DNA from: Eledone cirrhosa
Lineage: Eukaryota
DNA length: 64,000 nucleotides
Direction: 5' to 3'
NCBI GenBank assembly: GCA_964016885.1
Contig: OZ024741.1
Span: 301,072,001 to 301,136,000 of the forward strand
In this document: positions 32,601 to 44,600 of the stretch, one piece after another
Position numbering within the stretch: the stretch's first letter is position 1
Layout: the number at the start of each line of letters is the position of its first letter
Notes under the pieces: generated by a model
Told to the model about the DNA's origin: nothing
What the model saw: only the letters and a program-made list of their open reading frames with translations
The model's database searches: none
Translations under genes and position numbers: made by a program

Positions 32601-35600
32601 GTATAAGTTGTCCACAATTTAAAATAGTCGACTACACAGACCACAAATTTGTGATCTGTGAGATTGACATAGACAGACTTCATAGACAAGGGCCTGGTTA
32701 CTGGAAGCTGAACGCGTCTTTCCCGGCGCTCAAGGCCTACAGAGACCGGATTAGCGTATCAGTTAAGCGGGCATTAACGGGAGCGGTCGTCAACAACAGG
32801 TGGTGGTTCGCCCTGAAAAGGGCAATTAAAGTAGAGTCGATTAGGTTTAGCAAAGGAGTAGTGATAGAGGAAAATAGAGTAGAGGGAGAGCTAGTCAGAA
32901 AGCTAGAAGAGGCGTTTAGGACAGGCATCGCGACCGACGTGCTTGCGGCGAGATTGGCACTCGGCCAATTCTTCAACGCAAAACGCGAAGGCTGCGTTGT
33001 CAGAGCTAGAGCGCGTGCTCTGAAACACGAGGGGACAAAAGCCGTCCAATGGGCTCGGGTGGCAGAGGCGTGACGTGGCAACAAAGCCATAATTCGGTCT
33101 TTGCCTGACCAAAATGGGTGCGTGTTGCTCGAACCCGAGCCTATGTGTGAGGCTTTTCAGCAGCACTTTGCTGAACTGTTCGGGAGCGGCGGCGGCCCGG
33201 ATCGGTACATGGACTTCAGTGCATACCTCGACGGACTGCCTCGGCTCCCGACGACCGGAGCACAGTGTTGCCAAAAGCCAATAACAGCCGGTGAAATACG
33301 GGAAGCGATGGCTAACTGCACAAGAGGTAAATCGCCAGGTTTAGATGGTCTGCCCTACGAGCTTTATGCATTTATGCCAGACTTGTTCGGTGACCTCTTG
33401 GCAGACGTCTACTGCAACTGGCAGCAGAACGGGAGCATTCCCAGTATTGTGAGCCGGGGAGCAGTGGCGCTGCTGAGAAAAGACCCGAACAAGGGGGATG
33501 TTATTGATAATTTCAGGCCCATAACACTGCTAAACGCAGAGTTCAAGATTTTGGCCAAGGTGTTAGCAACGAGGTTGGCGCTTGTCGTCAAGGGTCTGGT
33601 GGGAGAGGCGCAGACATGCGCCATCCCGGACAGATCCATACACGACAACCTCCACCTCATGCGATACATCATAGAGAGGGTGGTTAAGGAACCTGGCACG
33701 GGTGAGGGCCTGATCAACTTGGATCAATCCAAAGCATTCGATAGGGTCGAGCATCGGTACCTGGCGGCGGTCCTCGAGGCAGCCGGTTTCGGGCCCGTTT
33801 TCAGGCGTTGGATCGCAGCAATGTACAGCGACATCTGCTCAGTTGTGAGGGTGAACGTTCACCTGTCGCAGCCGTTCAGCATCATGTGCTCAATCCGCCA
33901 GTTTGTCCCCTCTCGTCCCTCTTGTACGTATTGGCTCTCGAGCCGTTACTGCACAAAGTGGGGGCGATGAGGGGCGTCCCACGCGAACTAGGATGCGGAA
34001 AATCCGAGTCGGCTGACGCTGACGACGTCACCGTGGTGGTGTCGAGCACCAGACACGTCCAGATGCCCGGCACCGCCCTCAAGGAATACCAAACGGTGAC
34101 ATGAGCAAAGATAAACCAGGAAAAGTCGGTGGGCTTGCAGCTAGGCACCTGGAGAGGCAAGTCCATGCCGTCCCACAGCGTCGTGGGGCGTTGGACGGAC
34201 GGACCGGTTAAATTGCTCGGGGTCTGGTTCGGACCGGACCTCCAGATGGAGAAAAACTGGAATGAGGAGACGAGCAGGGTGGCATCCCTCACCCATAAAT
34301 GGGCTGAGAGGAAGCTGTCCCTGAAAGGCCGGGCGGAAGTGGCGAATGCGTACATCGCATCCGTCATCTGCTACCGCCTCACCGTCGTCCCTTGCTCCAG
34401 GCCAACATCACCAAAATGGAGCGCCTTCTCTTCCGCTTTTTGTGGAAGGGACGCGCTCCCATGGTCAGACGATCCATCTGCTGTCAACACCCGTTGCGTG
34501 GAGGACTGGGCATGCCATGGTTGATGATGCGCAAACATGCGCTGAGGCTGCGACATCTCTGGTGCTTCCTTGATGGTGAACGGGTGTGGTCGCCGTTCGC
34601 CAGGCACATTTTCCCACAGCTCGTCTCCTTGACGGAGCTGAAGTCCTGGGTCAGAAAAAGACCGAGGGATAGCGCTTGGAAACTGGAATGTCTCCAGGCT
34701 CTCACTGCCCTCTCCCAGTTGGGCACCAGTGTCGGTGGAACATCCACCTCGGTGTTCTATAGAGGACTAGTGGAGGGGAAGAGGGACGAAATTCTCGGAG
34801 AGATCCTGGGCGTCGAAGAAGATCAGCTGTTTGCTCTCTTCCGGAGAACTTTCAGCCCGGGGCCTATGGATAACTTCCAAAAATCCCTGGCCTGGCAGTG
34901 CTACCGGGGAGCGCTGCCGGTTCGAGATAAGCTCTACAGGCACGGAAGTGCCGTCAGCCGAGCCTGTCCGAGATGTGTGCATAGCGACGAAACCGTTGTG
35001 CACGCACTCTTTCAGTGCCCGAGCATTGCTGACTTGTGGAGCTATGTCGAACAGTTGCTGTCGCGTGTGGGACTGATCCGGTTGTCGACTGAGTCCATTG
35101 TGCAGATGGTCTCGCCGTCTTCCTTCGAGGAGGAAGGGCAGGCGGTTTTAATCTGCCTGGTGGCCATGGCGAAAGAGATTGTGTGGTGGACAAGATTAAA
35201 AGGATTAAAGACAAACACTTTCCTCTTCGGCGAATCGCTAATTAACTTTTTCAAGTTTCACTTGAAGAGGAAAATCAGGGTGGAGAGGCAAGTGCTGCTT
35301 TCTAGCAAGTTTGTTGAAAGGTGGGTGAATGTAGCGAGAATGGTCCGAGTGAACGGGACCACTCTGAATATACGTCTGTAGTTTGAGAGATGGAAAAATT
35401 GAGAGAGGGCGCTTGCCCTGGTAGTCAGGGTGGCCGTGGTCTTTTGTGTGGTTTGCGCCACGAGTAACCCTCGGAGGGTTCGCCCCTATTGGGGAATTTT
35501 TCATTGTTTCAATTTTCATTTTATTGTTTATATATATATATGTTTTATGTCTTTTTTTCTTTTCTTATATAAATAATAAAAATATTTACACGCACAAAAC

Positions 35601-35672
35601 CCACATCGTACCGTCCTGTTCCGTCTGTGATGTTTTTCTTGATGTCAGCCCTTGTGGCCAATAAAGAAATCA
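29679..35672 (+). mobile_element. Tx1-like (L1 group) non-LTR retrotransposon, copy T1 (divergent subfamily, disrupted)
   Basis: ORF1 from 29892 with zinc knuckle CYLCGSKGHLRAFC. ORF2 31964-35381 in pieces: APE (ISETR, VYAP, GDWN, YLDRVF, YTDH), GPGYWKLN, RT, CPRC..ETVVHALFQC. AATAAA then (ATT)n. Confidence 0.92.
29892..31769 (+). CDS. Tx1-like ORF1 (gag-like, CCHC zinc knuckle, Asn-rich N-terminus); the TGA at 31769 is probably premature
   Basis: CX2CX4HX4C motif. Homology to the T2/T3 ORF1 C-terminus continues past the stop to about 31931 (KRIYTDIL). Confidence 0.8.
   Translation: MDNTKKRESAVRQHRERETLSACQQDGVPAEVNINENITKEKKIVTDLKLPNISNTNNTNNNTNNITNNNTKNNSGKVENDNNKSYSGKVENGNNKNNSGKVENDNNNDNNNSHNNNNSRNSINKNNNNNNSHNNSNSSKSINENKNCTSEKNNNDTDTCNSDFSTTSKTSSGSNSGAAEKGTTSFAGVARNIETVLVTEEEMAVARAMVTRSASRVSLKPPPDFFKDQQLRTVTYRTVSKIKHRVERATAAQIQKALGCVWARKTHITRGRKYATVDVLFATPQEEKSLSLETLKSEELVLVPSYCGQKIVRVKVTQVPPDMPIPWLAASVLAGIENRATMLQVEKIARENWSGIGMQMLIQSDQECIEAIPDIIDFEEGLQLPISVEGRRTKCYLCGSKGHLRAFCPQKTPKRAPLLPIPGPLLPRAGQATNEEAPSTVSRSATSVAPVPRPRITKAASSVAATPIATFEIATPATKLPKRAPLPPPTAVEHIPLQNATESDMEFEAGVTWQTVCHKKQKTKKPLDSPSKSEGIQRGVKAARKLAATPPQTPTAQTQQDTHTKQQQEENGNKITPPPKKYTAINIAEKELIKYIKKHTYITEKNYYTPPTPRTLPTNISIIEI

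Positions 35673-35727
<55 letters not shown>
35673..35727. repeat. (ATT)n spacer between Tx1-like copies
   Basis: Direct reading. Confidence 0.98.
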
Positions 35728-38700
35728 GGCGACCTACGTAGTAAATCGTATCATCGTGAGCTCCGCAAAGGTTTGTTATTTCCGTTTGTTAAAAATTGCC
35801 ATTTATGGAAAATTTTATTGTTAACTGTTTATAAGCACACATACATTGTTTTCCGAAAAGGACACCCAAAAAGATTGGGGCCTTGTGCCCAAAATTTTAA
35901 CTTTTATTATTATCCAAAAATTTCTTTGAAAAAAAATGGCTAATTCCCCTCTGCACGAAGCAGCTGAAAGCCTTCCTCACAAAATAACACCTCACACCGA
36001 CACCACCATTGTAAATGTTACTACGTTTGCCAACACAAAAAAAAATATAAGCAGTAGCAATATTTTAAATTTGTCTCAGGCAGACATTCATTTCCCGCCA
36101 TTACCAATGACTGCAGGTGTTAAAGCCTCCACCACCACCACCACCGCGACAACCACCACCACCACCACCACCGCGACAACAGAAACAAAAGAAGAAAAAA
36201 ATTAATTAACTCGTGATGTCGAAATGAAATCAAGCAAAATGGACTCTTCCGCACCAAAGACGACTGACGTCACCAACACCACAACTGAAACTAAAATTAA
36301 TATTAACGATAGCAACAACAACAACAATGACATTATAAAACCGACCCTGAGTTTCGCCATCGTAGCAAAACAATTCGAAGCGTTCACTGTAACTCAGGAA
36401 GATTTAGAAAATGCCAAACAAATGGTAAAGAAAGATGGGTACAGGGTCAGCCCCCCCCCCCCACCTAATAAAATGGAGCATCGGCGCCTGTGCACCGTGT
36501 CGTATAGAACAATAAATGTAAAATCGCGCCGAGTGGAACGGGCATCCGAGTCCCAAATCCAAAAAGCTTTGGGACATGTGTGGGCAAGAAAAACCCACAT
36601 CAGACGTGGGCAAAAGTATGGAACCGTGGATGTGTTCTTTGAAACACCAGAGGAGGCTAGAGAACACTCCATGGCCCCATTAAAAAGTGACGACCTCACA
36701 CTCGTCCCAAGCTATTGTGGCCAGAGACTCGTAAAGGTCAGGGTGACCCACGTTCCACCGGCCATAGAAATTCCCTGGCTAATAGCGGCTGTCCTCGCCG
36801 GCATCGAAGCCAACACGAAAATAATAGCAGTAGCAAAAGAAAAGCAGGAAAACTGGTCCGGATCTGGGATGGAGCTCCTGATCCAAGCGGACCAAAAAAG
36901 CATTGAGGAGATCCCAGAGGTAATAGACCTCACTGACGGCAGCCACCTCACGGTAATTGTCGAGGGCAGAAGACCTAGGTTGTCGTTTGTGGTGAAGGAA
37001 CCCACCTAAGGGCTTTCTGCCCTCAGGCTAAAAGGTTGAGGCCACCTCTACTACCCTCCCCAGTGACACAACCATCAACACCACCAGTAGCAGAGATGGC
37101 AGCAACAACTGTAGCAGCAACAACAGAAGCAACTATAACAGCAACAACCCCAGCAACAGTAGCAAAACCAACACCACTACCACCACCAGCAAAAACAAAC
37201 ACCACCACCACCCAACGCTTCAGAACTAGCACCAGCGCCTACACCATCCACCACACCACAACCAAAACTAACGGCTGTGGAGGATTTTCCACTCCCCGGC
37301 CTATCACAACTGGAGACAGATTGTGACGACGAGGAGTGGGAAACGATATCCGGAAAAAAAAAAGAAACCAAAAAAGAAAAAATTCTCTTCCTTCCCCCTC
37401 CAAAAACAAAATACAGAGGGAAACAAATAAACTAAGAAATAAAAAAGTTAGGACAAATATGCCACCATCCACACCAGCATCACCAACCCCATCAACCCAA
37501 ACACCATAACCATCACCATCATTAACTCCAACACCACCATCACCTACACCACAAAAATCACCAAAATGCGAAACAGAAACAAACCCACAACAAACGCAAA
37601 CAAAACAAAACAACCAAAACGATACACACTACACAGCATTAAATTTGAACAACAAGCAATTATTACACTACATCCAACACAACACCAGCATCACAGAAAA
37701 AGACTACACAACAACCCCAAAATTCACACCACCTCCACACATACAAATCACTCGCATCACACAGAAAACGTACATGACACTAAAACAAAAATTCCCCAAA
37801 GACATCGGAGACTTCCGACAAGCACTCTCCAGGAGGATTTATAAGGACATCCTTCCTGAGGAGGCCACAAGCAGTGAAAAGGATGGAAAAGCCGTCCTTC
37901 CCCTACGAGAAGTAAGGTAAGTGGTCTTTCCCATCTTTTCCACTCCTTTTCAACATGACCTCACTCAGAATAGGCAGCATAAATGCACGTGGCTTGGGGT
38001 CATCATGGAAGCAGGGCCACCTGCTCAACGACGTCAGGTCACTAAACATAGATGTAGTGGCCATCAGCGAGACCAGAATCTCCGAGGAACAGGCTTTCGC
38101 ACCGATCTTCGGCGGCTACGATGTGTACGCATCTCCCAGCCGTCCGGGATCGGGGGGAGGAGTTGCTGTGCTTTTTCGGAGAGGTTTGGATCTTGCCACA
38201 CGGGCCATCTTCCTGGACCCAGAAGGTAAGTTGGTGGTGCTGGACGTGACCAGCGGAGACGGGCAAGCTTTCGGGTTAGTGGCCGTCTATGCCCCGACAG
38301 GAGCAGGGCGGCCTGATTTCTTCCGGCGTCTGGAGACCTTTCTTGGAACGTCCCGCTCTTTAGTGTTAGTGGGCGACTGGAACGGGATCTTAGATGCACG
38401 CTGGGATTGTGTGGGATTAGTGGATAGAGAAGGAGGGTGCAAGAGTCTCACCAACCTGCTCAGACGTTTTGAACTGTCTGACAGGTACCGAATGGATTTC
38501 CCGAATGTACCAATGTGGACTTGGACAAATCGCATAGGGTCATCCAGATCATATCTAGATAGAGTATTTTGTAGGGAAATAGGTCTAGCATAGGCTGTCC
38601 ACAATTCAAGATAGTCAGCTACACGGACCACAAATTCGTGATCTGTGTGCTTGACTTAGATAGGCTTCATAGACGAGGACCCGGCTACTGGAAGCTAAAC

Positions 38701-41612
38701 GCATCCTTACCAGCGCGCAAGGCCTACAGAGACCGGATTAGCGAACTAGTTAAGCGGGCGTTGACGGGGGCCATCGTCAACAACAAGTGGTGGTTTGCTC
38801 TGAAAAGAGCAATTAGAATAGAGTCCATTAGGTTTAGTAAGACTTTAGCAATAGAGAAAAATAGAGCAGAGGGAGAACTAGTTAGAAAATTAGACGAGGC
38901 GCTTAGCAAAGGCATCGCGACCGACGTACTTGCGGCGAAATTGGCCCTTGACCAATTCTTCAATGCAAAGCACGAAGGCTGCGTTGTCAGAGCTAGGGTG
39001 CGTGCTCTCAGACACGAGGGGACGAAAGCCGTTCAATGGGCCCGAGTGGCGGAGGCGCGTCGTGGCAACAAAGCCACGATCCGGTCTTTGGTGGACCACG
39101 ACGGGCGCATGCTACTCGATCCCGGGCAAATGTGTGAAGCTTTTCAGCGACACTTCGCTCAACTGTTCGGGGGCAGTGGCAGGCCGGATCGAGGGATGGA
39201 CTTTAGTGTCTACCTCGACGGACTGCCGCGGCTTTCGGCCACTGAGGCGGAGTGTTGCGAAAAGCCGATAACAACCGCTGAAGTACGGGATGCAATGACT
39301 AGTTGCACAAGGGGTAAATCGCCTGGTTTGGATGGTCTGCCCTATGAACTTTACGTACAAATGCCAAACTTGTTCGGAGGCCTCTTGGCGGACGTCTACT
39401 GCAACTGGCAACAGAACGGGAGAATTCCCAGCTCTGTGAGCCGAGGAGTGGTGGCGCTGCTGAGAAAGGATCCGAACAAGGGGGATAACATAGATAATTT
39501 TAGGCCCATAACTCTGCTAAACACAGAGTTCAAGATTTTGGCCAAGGTGCTAGCAAAGAGGTTGGCGCTTGTCGTTGGTGGTCTGGTGGGAGAGGCACAG
39601 ACATGCGCCATTCCCGACAGATCCATCCACGACAACCTCCACCTCATGCGATACATCGTAGAGAGGGTAGCTATGGAACCTGGCACGGGTGGGTCTTTGA
39701 TCAATTTAGATCAGTCGAAAGCCTTCGATAGGGTCGACCATCGTTACCTAGCGACAGTCCTGAGGGCGGCTGGCTTTGGGCCCGTCTTCAGAGGCTGGAT
39801 CGCTGCCATGCACAGCGACATCTGCTCTGTAGTGAGAGTGAACGGTCACCTTTCGGAACCGTTCAACATCATGCGCTCGGTCCGCCAAGGATGTCCCCTC
39901 TCGTCCCTATTGTACGTATTGACTCTCGAGCCATTACTGCACAAACTGGAGACGTTGAGGGGGGTCCCGCGCGAACTAGGATGCGGAAGATCCGTGTCAG
40001 CATATGCCGACGATGTCACCGTAGTGGTGTCGAACGCCAAACACATCGAGGCGATCGGCACTACACTAAGAGAATACGAAGCGGTGACAGGAGCAATGAT
40101 CAACCAGGAAAAGTCAGTGGGCCTGCAGCTCGGCACCTGGAGAGGCAGGTCCATGCCGTCCAACAGCGTCGTCGGGCGCTGGACGAACGGACCGGTTAAA
40201 TTGCTAGGGGTCTGGTTCGGTCCAGACCTCCAGACGGACAAAAACTGGGACGAGGTGACGAGCAGGGTGGCTTCTCTCACCCAGAAATGGGCCGAGAGGA
40301 AGCTATCCCTGAAAGGTCGAGCGGAGGTGGCGAATGCGTACATCGCATTCGTCATCTACTACCGCCTGACCGTCGTACCTTGTCCTAAGCCCCGCCTGAC
40401 TGCGTTGGAGCGTTTGCTCTTTCGCTTCTTGTGGAAGGGACGCGCTCCGATGGTCAGGCGGTCCATCTGCTGTCAACACCCGCTACGTGGAGGGCTGGGC
40501 ATGCCGTGGCTGATGATGCGCAGAGACGCGCTCAGGCTACGACATCTCCACCTCTTCCTCGACGGTGATCAGGTGTGGTCGCCGTTTGCAAGACGCGTTT
40601 TTCCCCAGCTCGTCTCCTTGACGGAGCTGCAGTCCTGGGTCAAGCGAAGACCGAGAGGGAGCGCTTGGAGACTGGAATGTCTTCAGGCGCTCACAGCCCT
40701 CGACCAATCGGGCAATGTGATCGGTGGAAACTCCACCTTGGCGTTCTATAGGGGATTAGTGGAGGGGAAGAGCGACGACCTACTTGGAGAAACTCTAGGC
40801 GTCGACGAAAATCAACTAGCCAATCACTTCGGAAGGACTTTCGAGCCGGGGCCTATGGACAACTTCCAGAAATCCCTGGCCTGGCAGTGCTACCGAGGAG
40901 CTTTGCCAGTTCGGGATAAACTCTACAGGCATGGAGGTGCCGTCAGCCGGGCATGTCCGAGATGCGCGCAGGGCGACGAAACCGTCCTGCACGCACTCGT
41001 CCAGTGTCCGAGCATTGCTGACTTGTGGGTTTATGTCGAACACCTGCTGTCACGTGTAGGACCTATCCAGCTATCAGCTGAGTCCATCGTGAGGATTGCC
41101 CCGCCCCCTTCCTTTAGCCTGGAAGGGCAGGCAGTTTTTATCTGTCTGGTGGCCATGGCGAAAGAGATAGTATGGTGGGCACGTTTGAAAGGGCTGAAGA
41201 CGAGCACTTACCTCTTCGGTGATGCCCTGATTAACTTTTTCAAATTTCATTTGAAAAGGAAAATCAGGGTAGAGAGGGAAGTGCTCTCTTCCCAGCATTT
41301 TGTTGAAAGATGGGTGAGAGAAGCAAGTATGGCCCGAATGAATGGGCCTTCTCTGAGTATGTGTCTGTAAATTAAAGGTGGAAAACTGGGAGAGGGCACT
41401 TGCCCTGGTGGTCAGGGCCACTGTGGTCTTTTAATGGGCTTTCTCCACAAATGTCCCTTGGAAGTCTCCCCCCTATTGGGGAATTTTTCTTTGTTATTTT
41501 ATTTCAACCTCTGTTTTTTTACACGCAGAAATGCCCATTTGTACCGTCCTGTATTGTCCTGTACTGTCCTTAATGTCTACTTTATGTGAACCCTTGTGGT
41601 TAATAAAGAAAA

Positions 41613-41613
<1 letters not shown>
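35728..41613 (+). mobile_element. Tx1-like retrotransposon copy T2, full length, few lesions
   Basis: ORF1 35936-37920 (frameshifted). ORF2 37955-41370 with one frameshift near 38585. 5' junction ATT|GG and 3' junction AATAAAGAAAAC|ATT. Confidence 0.94.
37955..41370 (+). pseudogene. Tx1-like ORF2 (AP endonuclease, RT, C-terminal Zn finger), one frameshift
   Basis: GSINARG, ISETR, GDWN, NFRPITLLN, LDQSKAFD, VRQGCPLS, YADD, CPRCAQGDETVLHALVQC. Confidence 0.92.

Positions 41614-41673
<60 letters not shown>
41614..41673. repeat. (ATT)n spacer between Tx1-like copies
   Basis: Direct reading. Confidence 0.98.
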
Positions 41674-44600
41674 GGCGACCTACGTAGTAAATCGTATCAT
41701 CGTGATCTCCGCAAAGGTTTGTTATTTTCAGTTGTTTAATATTGCCATTTATGGAGAATTTTTATTGTTAACTGTATATAAGTGCACATACATTGATTTC
41801 TGAAAAAGACACTAAAAAATATTGGGGCCTTGAGCCCCAAAATTTAAACTTTTTATAATTATCAAACAAAAAAATTTCTTTGAAAAATCATGGACGACAA
41901 AGTTTCACACCTTCCTCACAAACTAACACCTCACACCGACACCACCATTGTAAATATTACTACGGTTGCCAACACTAAAAATATAAGCAGTAGCAATATG
42001 GGAAATTTGTCTCAGCCAGACATTCATTGCCCGCCATTACCAATGACTGCAGGTGTTAAAGCCGCGACAACCCCCACCACCACCACCAGAGCGACAACAG
42101 AAACAAAAGAAAAAAATAAATTTACTCGTGATATCGAAATGAATTCAACCAAAATGAACTCTTCCACACCGAACACCACTGACGCCACCACCACCACAAC
42201 TGAAACTAAAATTAACAATAACAAAAATAACGATAACAGCAACAATGAAATTAAGAAAACCACCCTGAGTTTTGCCAGAGCAGCAAAACAGTGCGAAGTA
42301 TTCCAGGTAACTCAGGAGGAATTAGAAGAAGCCAAAAAAATGGTAAAGAAAGATGGGTACATTGTCAGCCTCAACCCACCTAATAAAATGGAGCATCGGC
42401 GCCTATGCACCGTGTCTTATCGGACGATTAGCATAAAATCGCACCGAGTGGAACGGGCATCCGATTCCCAAATCCAAAAAGCTTTGGGACATGCGTGGGC
42501 AAAAAAAACCCCACATCAGACGTGGGAAGAAATATGGAACCGTGGACGTGTTTTTTGAAACACCACAGGAGGCCAGAGAACACTCCATGGCCCCATTAAG
42601 TAGTGACGACTTCACACTCGTCCCAAGCTATTGTGGCCAGAGACTCGTGAAGATCAGGATGACCCACGTTCCACCGGCCATCGAAATTCCCTGGCTAATA
42701 GCTGCCGTCCTCACGGCATCGAAGCCAACACCAAGTTAATCGAAATAGCGAAAGAAAAGCAGGAGAACTGGTCCGGATCTGGGATGAAGCTCCTGATCCA
42801 AGCGGACCAAAAAAGCATTGAGGAGATCCCAGAGATAATAGACCCGTCTGACGGCTGCCAAATCACCGTAATCGTCGAGGGCAGAAGACCTAGGTGTGTC
42901 GTTTGTGGTGAAGGAACACACCTAAGGGCTTTCTGCCCTCAGGCTAAAACTTTGAGGCCACCTCTCTTACCCACCCCAGTGACTCAACCATCAACACCAC
43001 CAGCAGCAGAGATAGCAGCAACAACTTTAGCAGCTACAACAGAAGCAACTGTAACAGCCACAACCCCAGCAACAGTAGCAAAACCAACACCACCATCACC
43101 CAACGCGCCAGAACTACCACCAGTGCCTACACCATCCACCACGCCACAACCAAAACCAACGCCTGTCGAGGATTTTCCACTCCTCGGTCTATCACAACTG
43201 GAGACAGATTGTGACGACGAGGAGTGGGAAACGGTATCAAGAAAAAAGAAAAAAAGAAACCAAAAAAGAAAAAAATTCATCATCCCTCCCCCTCCAAAAA
43301 CAAAATGCAGAGGGAAACAAATAAACTATCAAACAAAAAAGTTAGGACAGATATGCCACCATCCATACCAGCATCACCAACCCCATCACCAAAAACACCA
43401 ACACCATCACCATCATTAACCCCCAACACCACCATCACCAACACCACAAAAGTCACCAAAAAGCGAAACAGATACAAACCCACAACAAACGCAAACAAAA
43501 CAAAACAACTAAAACGATACACACTACACACCATTAAATTTGAACAACAACCAATTATTACACTACATGCAACACAACACCAGCATCACAGAAAAAGACT
43601 ACACAACAACCCAAAAGTTCACACGACCTCCACACATACAAATCACTTGCATCACACAGAAAACGTACACGACACTAAAACAAAAATTCCGCAAAGACAT
43701 CGGCGACTTCCGACAAGCACTCTCCAGGAGGATTTATAAGGACATCCTTCCGGAGCAGGCCACAAGCAGTGAAAAGGATGGACTAACCATCCTTCCTCTA
43801 CGAGAAGTAAGGTAAGTGGTTTTTCCCATCTTTTCCACTCCATTTCAACATGACCTCACTCAGAATAGGCAGCATAAATGCGTCGTCATGGTCGCAGGGC
43901 CACCTGTTCAACGACTTCAGGTCACTAAACATAGATGTAGTGGCCATCAGCGAGACCAGAATCTCCGATGCACGGGCCTTCGCACCGATCTTCGGCGGCT
44001 ACGATGTGTACGCATCTCCTAGCCGTCCGGGATCGGGGGGGGGGGAGTTGCTGTGCTTTTTCGGAGAGGTTTGGATCTCGCCATACGGGCCATCTTCCTG
44101 GACCCAGGAGGTAAGTTGGTGGTGCTGGACGTGACCAGCGGAGACGGGAAAGCTTTCAGGCTAGTGACCGTCTATGCCCCGACAGGAGCAGGGTGGCCTG
44201 ATTTCTTCCGGCGTCTGGAGATCTTTCTTGGAACGTCCCACACTTTAGAGTTAGTGGGCGACTGGAACGCGATCTTAGATGCACGCTGGAACTGTGTGGC
44301 ATCAGCGGATAGAGGAGGAGGGTGCAAGAGCCTCACCAAGCTGCTCAGGCATTTTGAACTGTCTGACAGGTACCGATTGGATTTCCCGAATGTGCCAATA
44401 TGGACTTGGAAAAATTGCATAGGGTCATCCAGATCATATCTAGATAGAGTATTTTGTAGGGAAATAGATAGATCTAGCATAGGCTGTCCACAATTCAAGA
44501 TAGTCAGCTACACGGACCACAAATTCGTGATCTGTGTGCTTGACTTAGATAGGCTTCATAGACGAGGACCCGGGTACTGGAAGCTAAACGCGTCCTTACC

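Noticed and set aside
41408-41425. Resemblance of gtggtcagggccac to the 5' part of a pistol ribozyme
   Set aside because: The downstream pistol elements are missing, and the loop's complement lies upstream as a simple hairpin.
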